Shown here: positions 63,685-64,000 of the stretch, piece by piece
How positions within the stretch are numbered: position 1 is the first letter of the stretch
Layout of the letters: each line of letters opens with the position of its first letter
NCBI GenBank assembly: GCA_963768715.1
Contig: CAVYJC010000010.1
Location: 151,458 to 215,457, forward strand
Source: an uncultured Bacteroidota bacterium
GTDB taxonomy: Bacteria > Bacteroidota > Rhodothermia > Rhodothermales > DATKEJ01
Length of the DNA stretch: 64,000 bases
Direction: 5' to 3'
Notes under the pieces: model-generated
What the model saw: only the letters and a program-made list of their open reading frames with translations
What the model was told of the DNA's origin: nothing
The model's database searches: none
Program-made: the position numbers and the translations under genes

Positions 63685-64000
63685 ATGAAATCGGAAGCCA
63701 CTCTCCTTCTGGCCGTTGCGCTTACGCTGGCCTCGTGCACCAGCGAAAATTCCCAACAGACCGGTGGAGATCAATCGAAGATGGATGAGACCGCGCCGGC
63801 TGAGCAACAGGATAACAACCTGGGCGCCGCACTGGACCTTTCTACGTTCAACGTCTGCGAACTGGTCCCGGCAGAGCTGGCCGCTACAACCGTCGGAGGT
63901 ACTGTCTTGAAGCCGTCGAAACGTAGCGATTACGGGAACTCGCAGGGATGCGAATACGAAATCGATCCGTCCGGTCCTGACACCTATGAGTACGCTGCGA
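63685..64000 (+). CDS. putative lipoprotein (5' part; continues past the window end)
   Basis: The ATG is at 63685. The product starts 'MKSEATLLLAVALTLASCTSEN' (signal plus lipobox), and the frame stays open to the window edge. Confidence 0.5.
   Translation, partial: MKSEATLLLAVALTLASCTSENSQQTGGDQSKMDETAPAEQQDNNLGAALDLSTFNVCELVPAELAATTVGGTVLKPSKRSDYGNSQGCEYEIDPSGPDTYEYAA

Noticed and set aside
63513-63740. 75-aa minus-strand ORF between the RelE toxin and the terminal lipoprotein gene
   Set aside because: It overlaps the signal-peptide-encoding start of the plus-strand lipoprotein gene and has no motifs. It is likely spurious.

Overview
This is a GC-rich bacterial chromosomal segment. The gene content points to the FCB group (Bacteroidota/Rhodothermota-like); this is an inference from a T9SS C-terminal sorting domain, a PorX-type receiver-PglZ regulator, BshA, DUF2480/DUF3098 and a Rho with a large N-terminal insertion.

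Layout:
- 0-14.6 kb: housekeeping genes (dipeptidase, pdxH, mtnA, cysteine desulfurases, SDR, C-S lyase, proline dehydrogenase, trxB/trxA, purL).
- 14.7-30.3 kb: a large phosphate/polyphosphate supercluster. It holds ppk1 with an N-terminal HTH fusion plus a paralogous HTH protein with a polybasic tail, a tandem-ATP-cone 2PGK-like kinase with an archaeal-type phosphoglycerate mutase, DUF47-Pit, and a ten-gene minus-strand run: porin-phoU-pstS-(PhoU::dead ArsC-like fusion)-pstC-pstA-pstB'-pstB-DUF47-pit. A candidate Pho box of four 11-bp-phased direct repeats sits upstream of the porin.
- 30.3-44.7 kb: housekeeping genes (rho, folC, tsaE, fprA-like, porX, bshA, lat, lipA, ndk, namZ-like, mreD).
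- 44.7-45.6 kb: a RAYT transposase flanked by REP hairpin arrays, followed by an octaheme cytochrome-HEAT/TPR lipoprotein.
- 47.9-57.4 kb: accessory DNA. It contains an AT-rich promoter region, the mobile-mystery A/B (XRE-Fic) pair, tRNA-Ala(GGC) whose 3' 41 bp recur 5 kb downstream (an integrase-less island carrying a T9SS cargo), ParE/Phd, and a heavily frameshifted epimerase pseudogene.
- The rest: a GATase-like protein, M23 peptidase, orphan TRAP binding protein, NTF2-VOC fusion, APC-USP permease and RelE/RHH.

Other points: heptamer tandem arrays occur at several gene 3' ends. At least eight single-base frame breaks are visible. No rRNA genes or CRISPR arrays were seen.
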